From the NCBI GenBank assembly GCA_963753345.1, contig CAVWBU010000026.1, forward strand, positions 32,001-96,000: a stretch of DNA of 64,000 bases, written 5' to 3'. Shown here in pieces: positions 41,225 to 51,600 of the stretch. A program made the translations under genes and the position numbers. The DNA is from an uncultured Fibrobacterota bacterium (GTDB lineage: Bacteria; Fibrobacterota; Chitinivibrionia; Chitinivibrionales; FEN-1185). Numbering within the stretch: the first letter of the stretch is position 1; every line of letters starts with the position of its first letter. The notes under the pieces were generated by a model. That model did not search any database, was not told the DNA's origin, and saw nothing but the letters and a program-made list of their open reading frames with translations.

Positions 41225-42754
41225 TCACCTGACGATTACTCGTTTTGACCAAAGTTGCATATCGTGATCTTCAATTCTCATGATGCAAAAACCCGCATGC
41301 AGAGTGGATTCAATCATGGAAAACTCACGGTGCATATTCGCCCCCGCCTTAATAACGGCAAGTTTTACTCCCTGAGCAGAATAGAGTGTAAGGTCCAGTT
41401 GTTTGTTGGCTGCACGTGATAGTATATCGAGATTGCGCATAGGCGGGTTGTGCAAAGGAAGCATGGTTCTCACCGATGCGGCGAACCCTCCGATCGTTAT
41501 CTTTACACTATCGGGTATTGTCGTTTGAAGTGTTGAAGATTGCTCGTTAACATCGTCATAGGCAAACGCATAACTTTTTGAGTTGTAACTAATATCAGAT
41601 TGATGCCAAAACCATACATATTTGTTGTAGGTATCAATGGTGAAGTATTTTGATACATTATACCAGTCTTGGGATTGTCCTCCGGGAATCGTCAAGTCTA
41701 TAACGCCACGGTTCAACGCAGCACAAAATTGCGCTTGAAAAGCCTTGTCTGCATCAACATCTGGAGTGGCCAGAACATCTTCGGCTATTACGCCTTTAGC
41801 TTCTATAACTTCTTGAGTATTTGGTTTTGCGCTGATCCAGGCTGCAACGCCTCCAGGGCCAACCATTTTTAAAGCTCCACTATCAACGCGGCCTCGATAT
41901 TCGCCTCCGTTGCCAAGTGATACTACCAATTCATTATTGGAATAGTAGTTCCAGATTCTGTCGATGTAGTCTTGGAAATAGGCGGCGGACGCACCCGAAT
42001 CTTGAAACTCAGCAAGTTTCGATGGTTGTACGATAATACCACCCAACGAATCATTCGCGAACGCATCGGTTTCATAGCAGGGCTTGAAATCGCCGCTTGG
42101 AAACGTCGCTTTAAAACGATTGATAATTTCTTTGTGCGATAGCAATTCGCCCGTCTTCATATAGGTGTTGTTTGCGCCGGGGCTGCCCCATAATTCGAGG
42201 CCCATTGGATATTGATAGGCATCGACGCGGGAGGTGTTAACCCATAATCCATTATCAGCCCACGCAAGTTCAATAAGCTCCCATCTAATTCCGACATTGG
42301 GATCTGTTGGATTTTGAAAATCCGCACCAGCATAGCCGCCGGTTGCAAAAAAATGTATATACAATGGTTTCCTGAATGAGAAAAGCATCCGACAACCAAC
42401 TATTTTCGGGATATAAACCGTGTGGTTTTTAATATCACTCAATTTTGTAAACATCGACGCATAACCCCAATCGCCGGCTACTTTGTGGAGGGTATTCCAT
42501 GTGGTGTCGATAGTTTTCTCAGCAGGAGCATTATTACCATTCTCTCCAATATCTATCCATACACCTGTGCTAATCGCTGCATTGGTTTGACCGACCACAC
42601 CGACATAGATTTCATCGTCACTGAAATCGGGAGAACTGTTGACAATTACGTACGGAACAGTTGCTTCGCCATAACCGTTAAACGATGCTAAGCAGAAAAA
42701 CAAAATAGAGAGCCACAAGTTTCTTTCAATAACCAGGAGCGTATCTTTTTTCAT
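41225..42754 (-). CDS. GH64 beta-1,3-glucanase with CTD
   Basis: NPTDPN, ELIE...NTSRVD, AALNRG, YAFAYDDV; signal peptide; LYSAQG tail. Confidence 0.88.
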   Translation of the reverse strand: MKKDTLLVIERNLWLSILFFCLASFNGYGEATVPYVIVNSSPDFSDDEIYVGVVGQTNAAISTGVWIDIGENGNNAPAEKTIDTTWNTLHKVAGDWGYASMFTKLSDIKNHTVYIPKIVGCRMLFSFRKPLYIHFFATGGYAGADFQNPTDPNVGIRWELIELAWADNGLWVNTSRVDAYQYPMGLELWGSPGANNTYMKTGELLSHKEIINRFKATFPSGDFKPCYETDAFANDSLGGIIVQPSKLAEFQDSGASAAYFQDYIDRIWNYYSNNELVVSLGNGGEYRGRVDSGALKMVGPGGVAAWISAKPNTQEVIEAKGVIAEDVLATPDVDADKAFQAQFCAALNRGVIDLTIPGGQSQDWYNVSKYFTIDTYNKYVWFWHQSDISYNSKSYAFAYDDVNEQSSTLQTTIPDSVKITIGGFAASVRTMLPLHNPPMRNLDILSRAANKQLDLTLYSAQGVKLAVIKAGANMHREFSMIESTLHAGFCIMRIEDHDMQLWSKRVIVR

Positions 42755-43149
42755 GGCGCCTCTTATGTTGAAGATGTGTTTGAGCGTCCGAAAGGCCGTG
42801 CATGGCCTGCAAATCTGTCGCTTTCTGAACCGGAATATCAAATTGTTGGCGTTCTCCACAAAAATTGTCATTATGGCTGGTTGCCAATGCTATGAAGATA
42901 AAATAGTTTCAGCTCCGAGGAAATGAGAAATCGGCATGTTGGGGTTTGCGCACACGATGGGTCCTCCTATAAAGCCAGCGCGATTTTCTGGCAGGTTGTC
43001 AGTGCGGCTTTTGCGCCAAGTAGCTCGATGAGGAGAGGCGGGTACATCAACAAAGAATTGTTCCCCGGATGATGGCGGTGCCGGTAAATGGCAAGAGATA
43101 ACCGGTGAAATTTGCGTGGCGAAATGCGAATATTTATGAGGGAGCACCT

Positions 43150-44377
43150 ATGAAGAGCATTTCGAAAAGTTGTATTGTTGCAGTTGGGTTACTGGTTTTG
43201 TTTTCGCATCCTGCAAATGCTCAATGGATATCAACAAATGGGCCGTATCCACATGGGGGGTATGGTGGGATTATTTTTTCACTTGCCGTGAGCGGCAACA
43301 ATATTTTTGCTGGAACCGATAGCGGTATTTTCCTATATGCCAACAACGGTACAGGCTGGACTGCGGTTGATTCGGGTCTCACGAACACTGTTGTTCAGTC
43401 TGTCGGAGTGAGCGGCAGTAACATCTTCGCTGGGACTATAGGTGGCGGGGCTTTTTTTTCGACCAACAACGGTACATATTGGACCGCGGTTAACTCAGGC
43501 CTCCCCGCGAATGCTTATGTTTTCTCTCTTGCCGTAAGCGGCAATAACATCTTTGCCGGGACTGGTGGTGGCGTCTTCCTATCCACCAATAAGGGTATGA
43601 GCTGGGCTGGAGTCAATTCCGGCCTCACGTTTCCAGTTGTCGGGTCTCTTGCCGTAAGCGGCAGCGACATCTTTGCCGGGACTTGGGGCGGAGGCATTTT
43701 CTTTTCCCCCAATAGTGGTACAAGCTGGACTGCGGTCAATTCCGGTCTCGCGAATACTCATGTCTACTCTCTTGCGGTGAGCGCCGGCAATATTTTTGCC
43801 GGGACTGACGGTGGTGTCTTTCTTTCCACCAACAATGGTACAAGGTGGATTGCCGTCAATTCCGGTCTCACAGATACTGTTGGCGCGTCTCTCGCAGTGA
43901 GCGGCAACAATATTTTTGCCGGGACTGTTCGTGGAGGGGTTTTTCTAACCACTAATAATGGCACAAACTGGACTGCGGTCAATTCCGGCCTCACGGATAC
44001 TGTTGTTCAGGCTCTTGCTGTGAGCGGTGGCAATATCTATGCCGGCACTGGTAGTAGCGGCGTATGGTACAGGCCACTTTCGGAAATGGTAGGCGATTGA
44101 CCTCCGCAGCAGGGAAATGGCCAAGCCATGCCGAATGGATTCAAAATCAATATCACCAAGAACGGATATTGCCGTATTGTTGCCGGAAACTTTGAATAAT
44201 GGCGCAGTATCCGTTGGATTGTTTACTATCGCCGGAAAAAGAATTTATTCAGCCACACATCAAGCTCATAACGGCACCTTGAGTATTCCAATATCGGGAT
44301 TGTCAACAGGCACGTATCTAATGTCAATTACAGGCAGGAATACCACGCAGTCTTCGTCGTTTGTCATAACCAAATGA
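43150..44377 (+). CDS. Seven-repeat BNR/Asp-box beta-propeller protein; CTD (44117-44377) disconnected by stop/indels
   Basis: 7 copies of about 40 aa SLAVSGNNIFAGTxGGVFLSTNNGTxWTAVNSGL; stop at 44100; LFTIAGK...LSTGTYLM downstream. Confidence 0.8.
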
Positions 44378-44409
44378 CCAAATCAGAAAAAGATTTAATG
44401 GGGGCATAG

Positions 44410-45426
44410 ATGAAGAACATATTGCTGATCATACTTGCCATCAACATTTGTCTGATAGAAGCACAAGGCGCTCCCACCGATACGGGTCTTTTTATCCAAG
44501 CAGTCACCAAGACCATCCCCAATCCGGAAGACCGCACTATGGACAGGGTGACTGTTATTTTTTCAGAACCCATTGTGGGCCCGAACGCTAGTCCGTTCGC
44601 GTGGGCTACGGTAGAGCCATCCACAGTGTTTACCGTGTATCGCCTGAATGCGGCCGGAACCGGGTACGACACGATCACCACGGCTTTAGAAGCTATTTTG
44701 TCGTTTTCCCAATGCGTCAACGACAGCACGTACACATTCATCATGACAAATGGCGTCGATCTTACCCCTAACGATTACATCAATATCAATAGCCAGGCGG
44801 GCCAGATATTTAGCGTACAGGGCAATGCGCCTGTTGTAGACAACAAGAAGGCACAAGTGCAGATAATATCAAAGGCCAACCTTTCTCCCCGACTGATCGT
44901 TGTTCCCGATCCGTCAAAGCCGACCTGCAAACATGAAACTCCAGGAACCTTCTACCTGATGAATAATCCCAATGCCCGTAACTGGGTAAGAATAGATGAA
45001 GCAGGCATAGTTTTCACGTTCAAGATATCCTTTTCCAGTGAAACCGTTACGGGGTCTATCAAAGTGTTCGACGAAGCCGGCACCGTGGTGAATTCCGCAA
45101 GCAGCGTGGACATGCTGGCTTCGCTCAACTACAATCCGAAAAATATCCGCAGCGCATACGATTATGATATTTACTGGAACGGAACAAAGTCTGACGACGA
45201 TTATGTCCACCCCGGCGTTTACACCGCGGAATTAACATGCCGCGCACAAGGTTCCCCTAATCCGACAATTCTCACCCAATCCTTTTACATGGAAAAGCCG
45301 GCTTCCCCGGCAAAAAGCAATGCCTGCGGCACCGGCTATCTTTTGGCGTTCATTCCTCCCATAGGGTTCCGTTTGAAGCGCCCCCTGTTAAAGTTTTTCC
45401 GCAGAACCTCCGGGAGGGCGATATGA
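44410..45426 (+). CDS. Exported protein with FlgD-Ig-like domain and Cys-Gly hydrophobic/basic tail
   Basis: Signal peptide; YWNGT...PGVY; ACGTGYLLAFIPPIGFRLKR. Confidence 0.7.
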   Translation: MKNILLIILAINICLIEAQGAPTDTGLFIQAVTKTIPNPEDRTMDRVTVIFSEPIVGPNASPFAWATVEPSTVFTVYRLNAAGTGYDTITTALEAILSFSQCVNDSTYTFIMTNGVDLTPNDYININSQAGQIFSVQGNAPVVDNKKAQVQIISKANLSPRLIVVPDPSKPTCKHETPGTFYLMNNPNARNWVRIDEAGIVFTFKISFSSETVTGSIKVFDEAGTVVNSASSVDMLASLNYNPKNIRSAYDYDIYWNGTKSDDDYVHPGVYTAELTCRAQGSPNPTILTQSFYMEKPASPAKSNACGTGYLLAFIPPIGFRLKRPLLKFFRRTSGRAI

Positions 45427-46067
45427 AGAAACACCTGTGCGGCCTGATATGCATATCCCTGGTGTCTCTCGCATTTACTGCTGACAACAACAGAAAGGGA
45501 TTCATGCTGGGATTTGGAATACTGCCGGATTTTTCCTACTCGCTCATCTCGACATCCCTTGAAGACAACCAGGATTGGTATTCTCAATATCTTGGGGGAT
45601 GTTCAGCCGAAGTGCGGCTTGGAGGTTCAATATCCGGAAAGAACGTTTCGAGTTTTGTTTCGAACTTCACTTGGAATTACCCATCCGACCTTTTTTTGTT
45701 CTCCCTCTTTGAAGGGTTTGGCTGGTCCCATTACACCCGGGAATCGGCCCCGTGTTTGTCCTACGATCTTTCCGCCGGAATTACCTTCAGAAATTCAGCG
45801 GGGATTGACATATCCTATCCCGCGTGGGGGGCAAAAGTGGGATTCAAAGTTGGGTACGAATTCGCGAATCATCTTACCGCGTGGATCGGGTATGCCTTGG
45901 GAGCAGAAGTTATGAATTATTCCATTCAGAGGACGGGAATAGATCCCGGCGACCTCACCAACACAATTCGGGCCATGGGCTTGGAAAACGTTACTGATAT
46001 TATTTTCAAAAACTCAATAGGCATGTCGCTGTCCTACCCGGTATATTTTGGTAAACGACAACAATAA
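45423..46067 (+). CDS. Probable small outer-membrane beta-barrel protein
   Basis: Signal peptide, RKGFMLGFG, VGFKVGYEF; ATGA overlap. Confidence 0.6.
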   Translation: MKKHLCGLICISLVSLAFTADNNRKGFMLGFGILPDFSYSLISTSLEDNQDWYSQYLGGCSAEVRLGGSISGKNVSSFVSNFTWNYPSDLFLFSLFEGFGWSHYTRESAPCLSYDLSAGITFRNSAGIDISYPAWGAKVGFKVGYEFANHLTAWIGYALGAEVMNYSIQRTGIDPGDLTNTIRAMGLENVTDIIFKNSIGMSLSYPVYFGKRQQ

Positions 46068-46087
46068 GACCACCGGGTGTGCCCCCA

Positions 46088-46350
46088 TGAAAAAACTGAA
46101 ACTTCCCCCTCGCCTCCGGAAAAATCCGCTCCACGACCTCGCCTGCTCGAAATGCGGTCAGATAAACCTGCTTGGTTCAACGTCCGACGCGACCATGGCC
46201 TTTTGTCCTTCCTGCCAGCAGAACACGCAGCATTACTCTGTTTCAACGCAACAGCCCGAATCCACGACGCCTTTTGGTCTTCCTAGGCGACGGAAAAGAA
46301 AAAGCCTTTACTCGCCGGAGGGGAAGAAAAAGATGGGGTTCGGGAAGTAG
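46088..46350 (+). CDS. Small zinc-ribbon protein
   Basis: CSKC...CPSC, basic tail YSPEGKKKMGFGK. Confidence 0.45.
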
Positions 46351-46602
46351 GGGAGAAATGTCCTGATTGAATGGGTTCGTGGTGGGAAGCGGTCCACCGG
46401 GAATGAATGAGGCATGTTGCTTGCTGTTTATTATTTGGCATGATGAATAGAGGAATCCAATTCTTTGACAGTAGATAAATTCAGGCAAAAAAAGGTTTTC
46501 ACCTTAAGCGATCAAACGTTTTTCTTGCAAAAAGGTTGAAAATCTATCCTACGCAGTATATTATTATGATAGGAAATTCCTTCAAACAAAGGAAAACATT
46601 TG

Positions 46603-47298
46603 ATGAATCTCTTAAGTGCTCCACTATATCCTGCGGCGCTTGCGGGAAGATTTGTGAAACTGAGTCCTGGCAGGGTGCGACGCTGGCTTCAAGGTTATGA
46701 ATATTCCTATGGAAAAGGTGAATTCGATACGCCATGTCATGGGCACAAGGAACCAATTGTCCATCGCGATCAAACGAATGATCCGAGCTATGCATCGTTC
46801 TTGGATTTGATAGACCTTTTATTTGTCAAGCGGTTTTTGGATCACGGAATAAGTTTGCAAAGAATAAGAAAGGCTTTGGATGAGGCACATAGTGTTGCTA
46901 CTGGGCATCATTTTGCACAGAGAACATTTTTCACGGATGGACACAATATTTACTTGAAGGTGAAAGAACAAGGAGGAGCAATTCTTGAACTTCTTTCCGG
47001 CGGACAATGGGCAATTGCTCCGATTATTGAACAATTGGCGCATCAAATTGAATTTGACAAGACCTCTGGCTTCGCGCAAAGATGGTATCCATTGGGAAGA
47101 GGACAGCCCATTGTGATAGACCCGCTTATTTCCTTTGGACAACCCTCTGTTGTTGGCCGTGGCATCTCGACGTTCAATATCTATGATTTTTTCGAAGCTG
47201 AAAAAGAAAAAACTAGCAATGTTTCATCGTGGTTTAGAATAAGCAAGAAAGAAGTGGATGCCGCGGTTGACTTCGAACGGTGGTTGCTTGCCGCATGA
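46603..47298 (+). CDS. DUF433-containing antitoxin (VapB45-like)
   Basis: N-terminal HTH (RVRRWLQGY), SFLDLI, IVIDPLISFGQP. Confidence 0.88.
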   Translation: MNLLSAPLYPAALAGRFVKLSPGRVRRWLQGYEYSYGKGEFDTPCHGHKEPIVHRDQTNDPSYASFLDLIDLLFVKRFLDHGISLQRIRKALDEAHSVATGHHFAQRTFFTDGHNIYLKVKEQGGAILELLSGGQWAIAPIIEQLAHQIEFDKTSGFAQRWYPLGRGQPIVIDPLISFGQPSVVGRGISTFNIYDFFEAEKEKTSNVSSWFRISKKEVDAAVDFERWLLAA

Positions 47299-47681
47299 GA
47301 TTCTTCTTTGATAACAACTTGGGGAAAAATCTGGTTGAGGGTATGCGGGCGTTTGGCGAAGATGTTGTTCACTTGAAAGAAGAATATCCCCAAGACAACG
47401 TCCCAGACGAAACCTGGCTGAAAGATATCGGCGAGAAGAATTACATCTTGATAACGCGGGATGAGCGTGTGCGATGGAATCCGGCGGAACTCTGCGCTTT
47501 TCGTACTTACAGGGTTGGGGCGTTCTTATTAGGTGGAAAAAAGTTGGATAAATGGGCTATTATTCAACAGTTAATTCAAAGTTGGCCCCAAATCAAAAAC
47601 TTGTCAGACAGCACTCGAAAGCCATTTGCTTTTCGAATTCCGCCTTACGGTTCAAAAATGTCGCCTATTTGCTTGACCTGA
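47295..47681 (+). CDS. PIN-like toxin (VapC45-like)
   Basis: MRFFFDNNL, PDETWL, LITRD; ATGA overlap with antitoxin. Confidence 0.88.
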   Translation: MRFFFDNNLGKNLVEGMRAFGEDVVHLKEEYPQDNVPDETWLKDIGEKNYILITRDERVRWNPAELCAFRTYRVGAFLLGGKKLDKWAIIQQLIQSWPQIKNLSDSTRKPFAFRIPPYGSKMSPICLT

Positions 47682-47778
47682 TGTTTATTTAAGAGTACTG
47701 CCTTCTTCTTTTCAGTCAATCCAGCTCATCCGAAGGGGATTCAGGGATCAAGGTTTAAAATACCGTGGCGGATTCGAA

Positions 47779-48177
47779 CTATCCCTTGTACACCCTGCAC
47801 AGAATCTGGGGAATCCTCGCAAAGTGCTTGTCGAGTGTTACCACCGTGAGCCCATACTCCATCGCGGTGGCCGCGACCCACAAATCGTTGGCGGGAATCG
47901 GCGTGCCCGCTTTGCGGAGCGTGGCATGAATGGAGGCGTAGCGCTGGGCGGACTCCTTGACTATAGGTAATACGACGCAGCGCGGCGAGTCGAGAAACAG
48001 TTCCAATTGTTTCACGTTTTGTAATGCATAGGCGCCGTGCGCGAAACCCGAAAGCAGTTCGCCGATAACCACGGGGTTTACGCCGATGTTTTCGGCTGTC
48101 TGCACGGCATCGAGCACTTCCCTGTTGCCGCGCGCCATGTCCGAATAGGCGGATGTATCCAGAAGAATGCCGTTCAT
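47779..48177 (-). CDS. vapC: VapC PIN-domain toxin
   Basis: LLDTSAY, GEL, PIPANDLWVAA, TLDKHF. Confidence 0.93.
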   Translation of the reverse strand: MNGILLDTSAYSDMARGNREVLDAVQTAENIGVNPVVIGELLSGFAHGAYALQNVKQLELFLDSPRCVVLPIVKESAQRYASIHATLRKAGTPIPANDLWVAATAMEYGLTVVTLDKHFARIPQILCRVYKG

Positions 48178-48431
48178 CGCCACAACTCCGGATCGATCTT
48201 CCTGGTTTCCGCCAGGTGCTTCCGGAATTCGTCGGATTGCTTTTTATTCCAGGTTCCGTACAGCCAATCGAGATCGTGATGCCGTTTGGACCGTTCTTTT
48301 TGCTTTCCGGTCACCGACTCTTCAAGCATGCCGACCACCGCTTTGTTAAGGCTCACGTGTTCGCGGGCGGCCTTCCTGCGTATCGCTTTCTGCACCGGAG
48401 ATGGAATATGTCTGATGGTGAGCGCTGTCAT
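48174..48431 (-). CDS. vapB: Ribbon-helix-helix antitoxin
   Basis: LTIRHIP...SLNK, IDPELW; overlaps vapC start. Confidence 0.85.
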   Translation of the reverse strand: MTALTIRHIPSPVQKAIRRKAAREHVSLNKAVVGMLEESVTGKQKERSKRHHDLDWLYGTWNKKQSDEFRKHLAETRKIDPELWR

Positions 48432-48697
48432 GAATGGATCTCCTTTCCGGTGAGAAATGAATCATTGGTGATTCTGTGTGATTCAAATATAGATTCATTC
48501 AACGGAGGCAGTCAAGGTGGCGAAAAGTCCGCGGCGCAGGAAAGATTATACTCTGGTGTGCTCTCACCCTGAAGGTCATCAGCCACGTCATCAACTCTCC
48601 AAGAACTATTTTTGAATCATAACGACCGGGCCTTCCAACATTGTCATCCGCACCTTCTTACCTTGCCTGGTTCTAATTTGCCAAATCGGAAGCCCTC

Positions 48698-51600
48698 ATG
48701 CCAATAGAACCTCTTTCCAAACTCTGGTCCCGCGGAACGTTTCCCGGGCTCAGCGAGTGGCTGAGCCGGCGGCCGCAGTCCTCGCTCTTTACGGGCTGCG
48801 CCGGCTCGAGCGACGCATTTCTCATTGCTGGCCTTTTCTCGGCGTCGGGCAGGACCGTTCTTGTTCTCGTCGAGTCGGGCAAACAGGCCGAGGTGCTTTC
48901 TGCCGAGTGCGCGTCGCTCCTCGGCGAGGACTCGGTCTCCCTGTTTCCCTCGCGCGACGCCGTGCCCTACAACATGAAATCGCCGTTCGGCCCGGTGGTC
49001 GAAAGCAGGTATACGGTCCTGTCGGCGCTCCTTGACGGAAAGAAAGCGGTGTATATTGCTCCCCATGCCGCGCTTCTCCAGAAGGTGCCGCCGCCGCGGG
49101 AGCTTTTCAACAGGATCATCAGGCTCAACGCCGGGAGGGATATTTCGATCCCCACGCTCTCGTCGTGGCTCGCCGACAACGGTTTCCGGCGCGAGACCAT
49201 GGTGGCCGACGTGGGTACGTTCTGCATACGCGGCGGCATCGTGGACATCTATCCCTTCATGACCGACGGGCCGGTGCGCGTCGAATTCTTCGGCGACGTC
49301 ATCGAGTCCATACGCGAGTTCGACGTGTTCTCGCAGAAGACCTCACGATCGCGCGAATCCGTTGAAATCTTTCCCATGAAGGAGCACTGCCTTGGGCCGG
49401 AACCAGTGGAGCGCGGGCTTGCGGCGATGCAGGAGTACGTTGCGGGCCGGCGCGACCTTGAGGGGGGATTGTCCAAGCTGTCGCACCAATGGAAAACGCT
49501 TCTGGACCACGACGGCATCGAATGGTTCCTCCACTGGTTCGGCCTCGCCGAAGCGTCGCTGCTCGATTACCTTCCCTCCGACGCCATTGCGGTATGGGAC
49601 GATCTGCTGCCGCCGGAGCGCCGGCTTGACGAATGCGTGCAGAACTACGATCGCCACCTCGAGCGGGTTCCCGCGGCGTTTTCGGCATTCGTATCGCCGC
49701 CCGAGAAGCTTCTGGTGCCGGTCAAGGAGGCCGTGGACAGCCTTTCGCTGTTCACCCGCGTGTTCGTGGGCACCGCCGATGTCGCCGGAGTCGACTGGAC
49801 AACCGCGTGTTCGATGTCCGAGCAGCCCGCGTTCCCGCAGGCGGTGGAACCGCTTGCCGCCGACCTTGCGGCGCACAATGCCGCCGGCGACGAAACAATC
49901 ATGGTATGCGGCAGCGAGGGCCATGCCGGGCGGCTTTTGGAGCTCATCGGAGAATCGTGTCCCTTTGTAAAGGTGTGCGTCGGCTACCTCCACCACGGTT
50001 TTGTCGACAAAACAAACAAACGGCTGTACTATTCGGACCTGCAGATCTTCAACCGCCCGCCCACGCGGCAGATCGTGCACAAAAAAGTGCGGCATGGCCA
50101 GCCCCTGCCGTCCTACGACGCGCTGTCGCCCGGGGACTACGTGGTCCACGTGGACCACGGCATCGGAAGGTTTTTGGGCATCGAGCACATCACGGCCGGC
50201 GGGGCGGGCCGCGACTGCATGCTCATCGCCTATCAGAGCGGCGCGAGGCTGAGCGTGCCCGTCGAGGACTTCCACAAGGTCCAGAAATACATAGGGAAGG
50301 AGTCGGTGATTCCCGCCCTGTCAAGGCTCGGCAGCGAGTCGTGGGAGCGGCTCAAAGCGCGCACCAGGGAATCGCTGCGCGCGATGGCCGGGGAGCTCAT
50401 CGAACTGTATGCCAAGCGCCGGCACTACGAGGGCATCTCCTTTTCCAAAGACACGCTGTGGCAGAAGGAGTTCGAGGACTCCTTTGTGTACGAGCTCACG
50501 CCCGACCAGGCGCGCGCGATAGCGGAAGTCAAGAAGGACATGGAGTCGGCACGACCCATGGACCGCCTCGTGTGCGGCGACGTAGGGTTCGGCAAGACCG
50601 AGGTGGCCATGCGCGCCGCGTTCAAGGCGGTGATGGACGGCTACCAGGTTGCGTTTCTTGCGCCCACCACCATTCTCACGGCGCAGCACTACGCCACGTT
50701 TCTCGAGCGCATGGCGGATTTCCCGGTCCGCATCGCGATGCTGTCCCGGTTTCTGTCTGCAAAGGAGCAGAAGGAGGTTGTCGCACGCGTCAAGGACGGT
50801 ACGGTGGACATCCTCGTGGGCACGCACCGCATCCTGTCGCAGGACATCGCGTTTAAAAACCTCGGCCTGCTCGTGATCGACGAGGAGCAGCGGTTCGGCG
50901 TGCGGAGCAAGGAGCGGCTCAAGCAGTTCCGGTACAAGGTCGACGTGCTGTCGATGACCGCCACGCCCATCCCGCGCACCCTGCACCTGTCGCTCATCGG
51001 CGCGCGCGATCTCTCCATCATCAACACGCCGCCGAGGAACCGCCTTCCCATCGAGACGCACGTGCTCGAGCACCACGAGGAGATTTTCAAGACCGCCATC
51101 GAAAACGAGCTTGACAGGGGAGGCCAGACCTACGTGGTGCACAACCGGATCCAGACGCTCGGGTCGATACGCGACACCGTCGAGGTCCTTGTCCCGAGGG
51201 CGCGCGTGGCGTGCGCGCATGGCCAGATGCACGAATCGGAACTGGCCCGCATCATGAAGGAGTTTGTCGCCGGGCGGTTCGACGTGCTCGTCTCGACCGT
51301 CATCATCGAGAACGGGCTCGATATCCCCAATGTCAACACCATCATCGTGAACCGCGCCGACACCCTGGGACTGTCGCAACTGTACCAGCTCCGCGGCAGG
51401 GTGGGACGGTCGTCGGAGCAGGCATTCGCCTATTTTCTCACCCCGTCGTTCCGGGAGGCGAGCGAGCCGTCGCTCCGGCGCCTGCGCGCGCTCGAGCAGT
51501 ATACCGACTTGGGCTCCGGGTTCCAGATCGCCATGCGCGACCTTGAGATCCGGGGCGCGGGAAACATCCTCGGCGTGCACCAGCACGGTTTCATCGCCGC

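Noticed and set aside
43270-44070. About 120 bp DNA repeats as a non-coding array
   Set aside because: They are in-frame beta-propeller blade repeats of one protein
47761-47779. Possible second att site for the tRNA-Lys region (GTTCGAATCC on minus strand)
   Set aside because: Wrong orientation and does not match the tRNA-Lys 3' sequence
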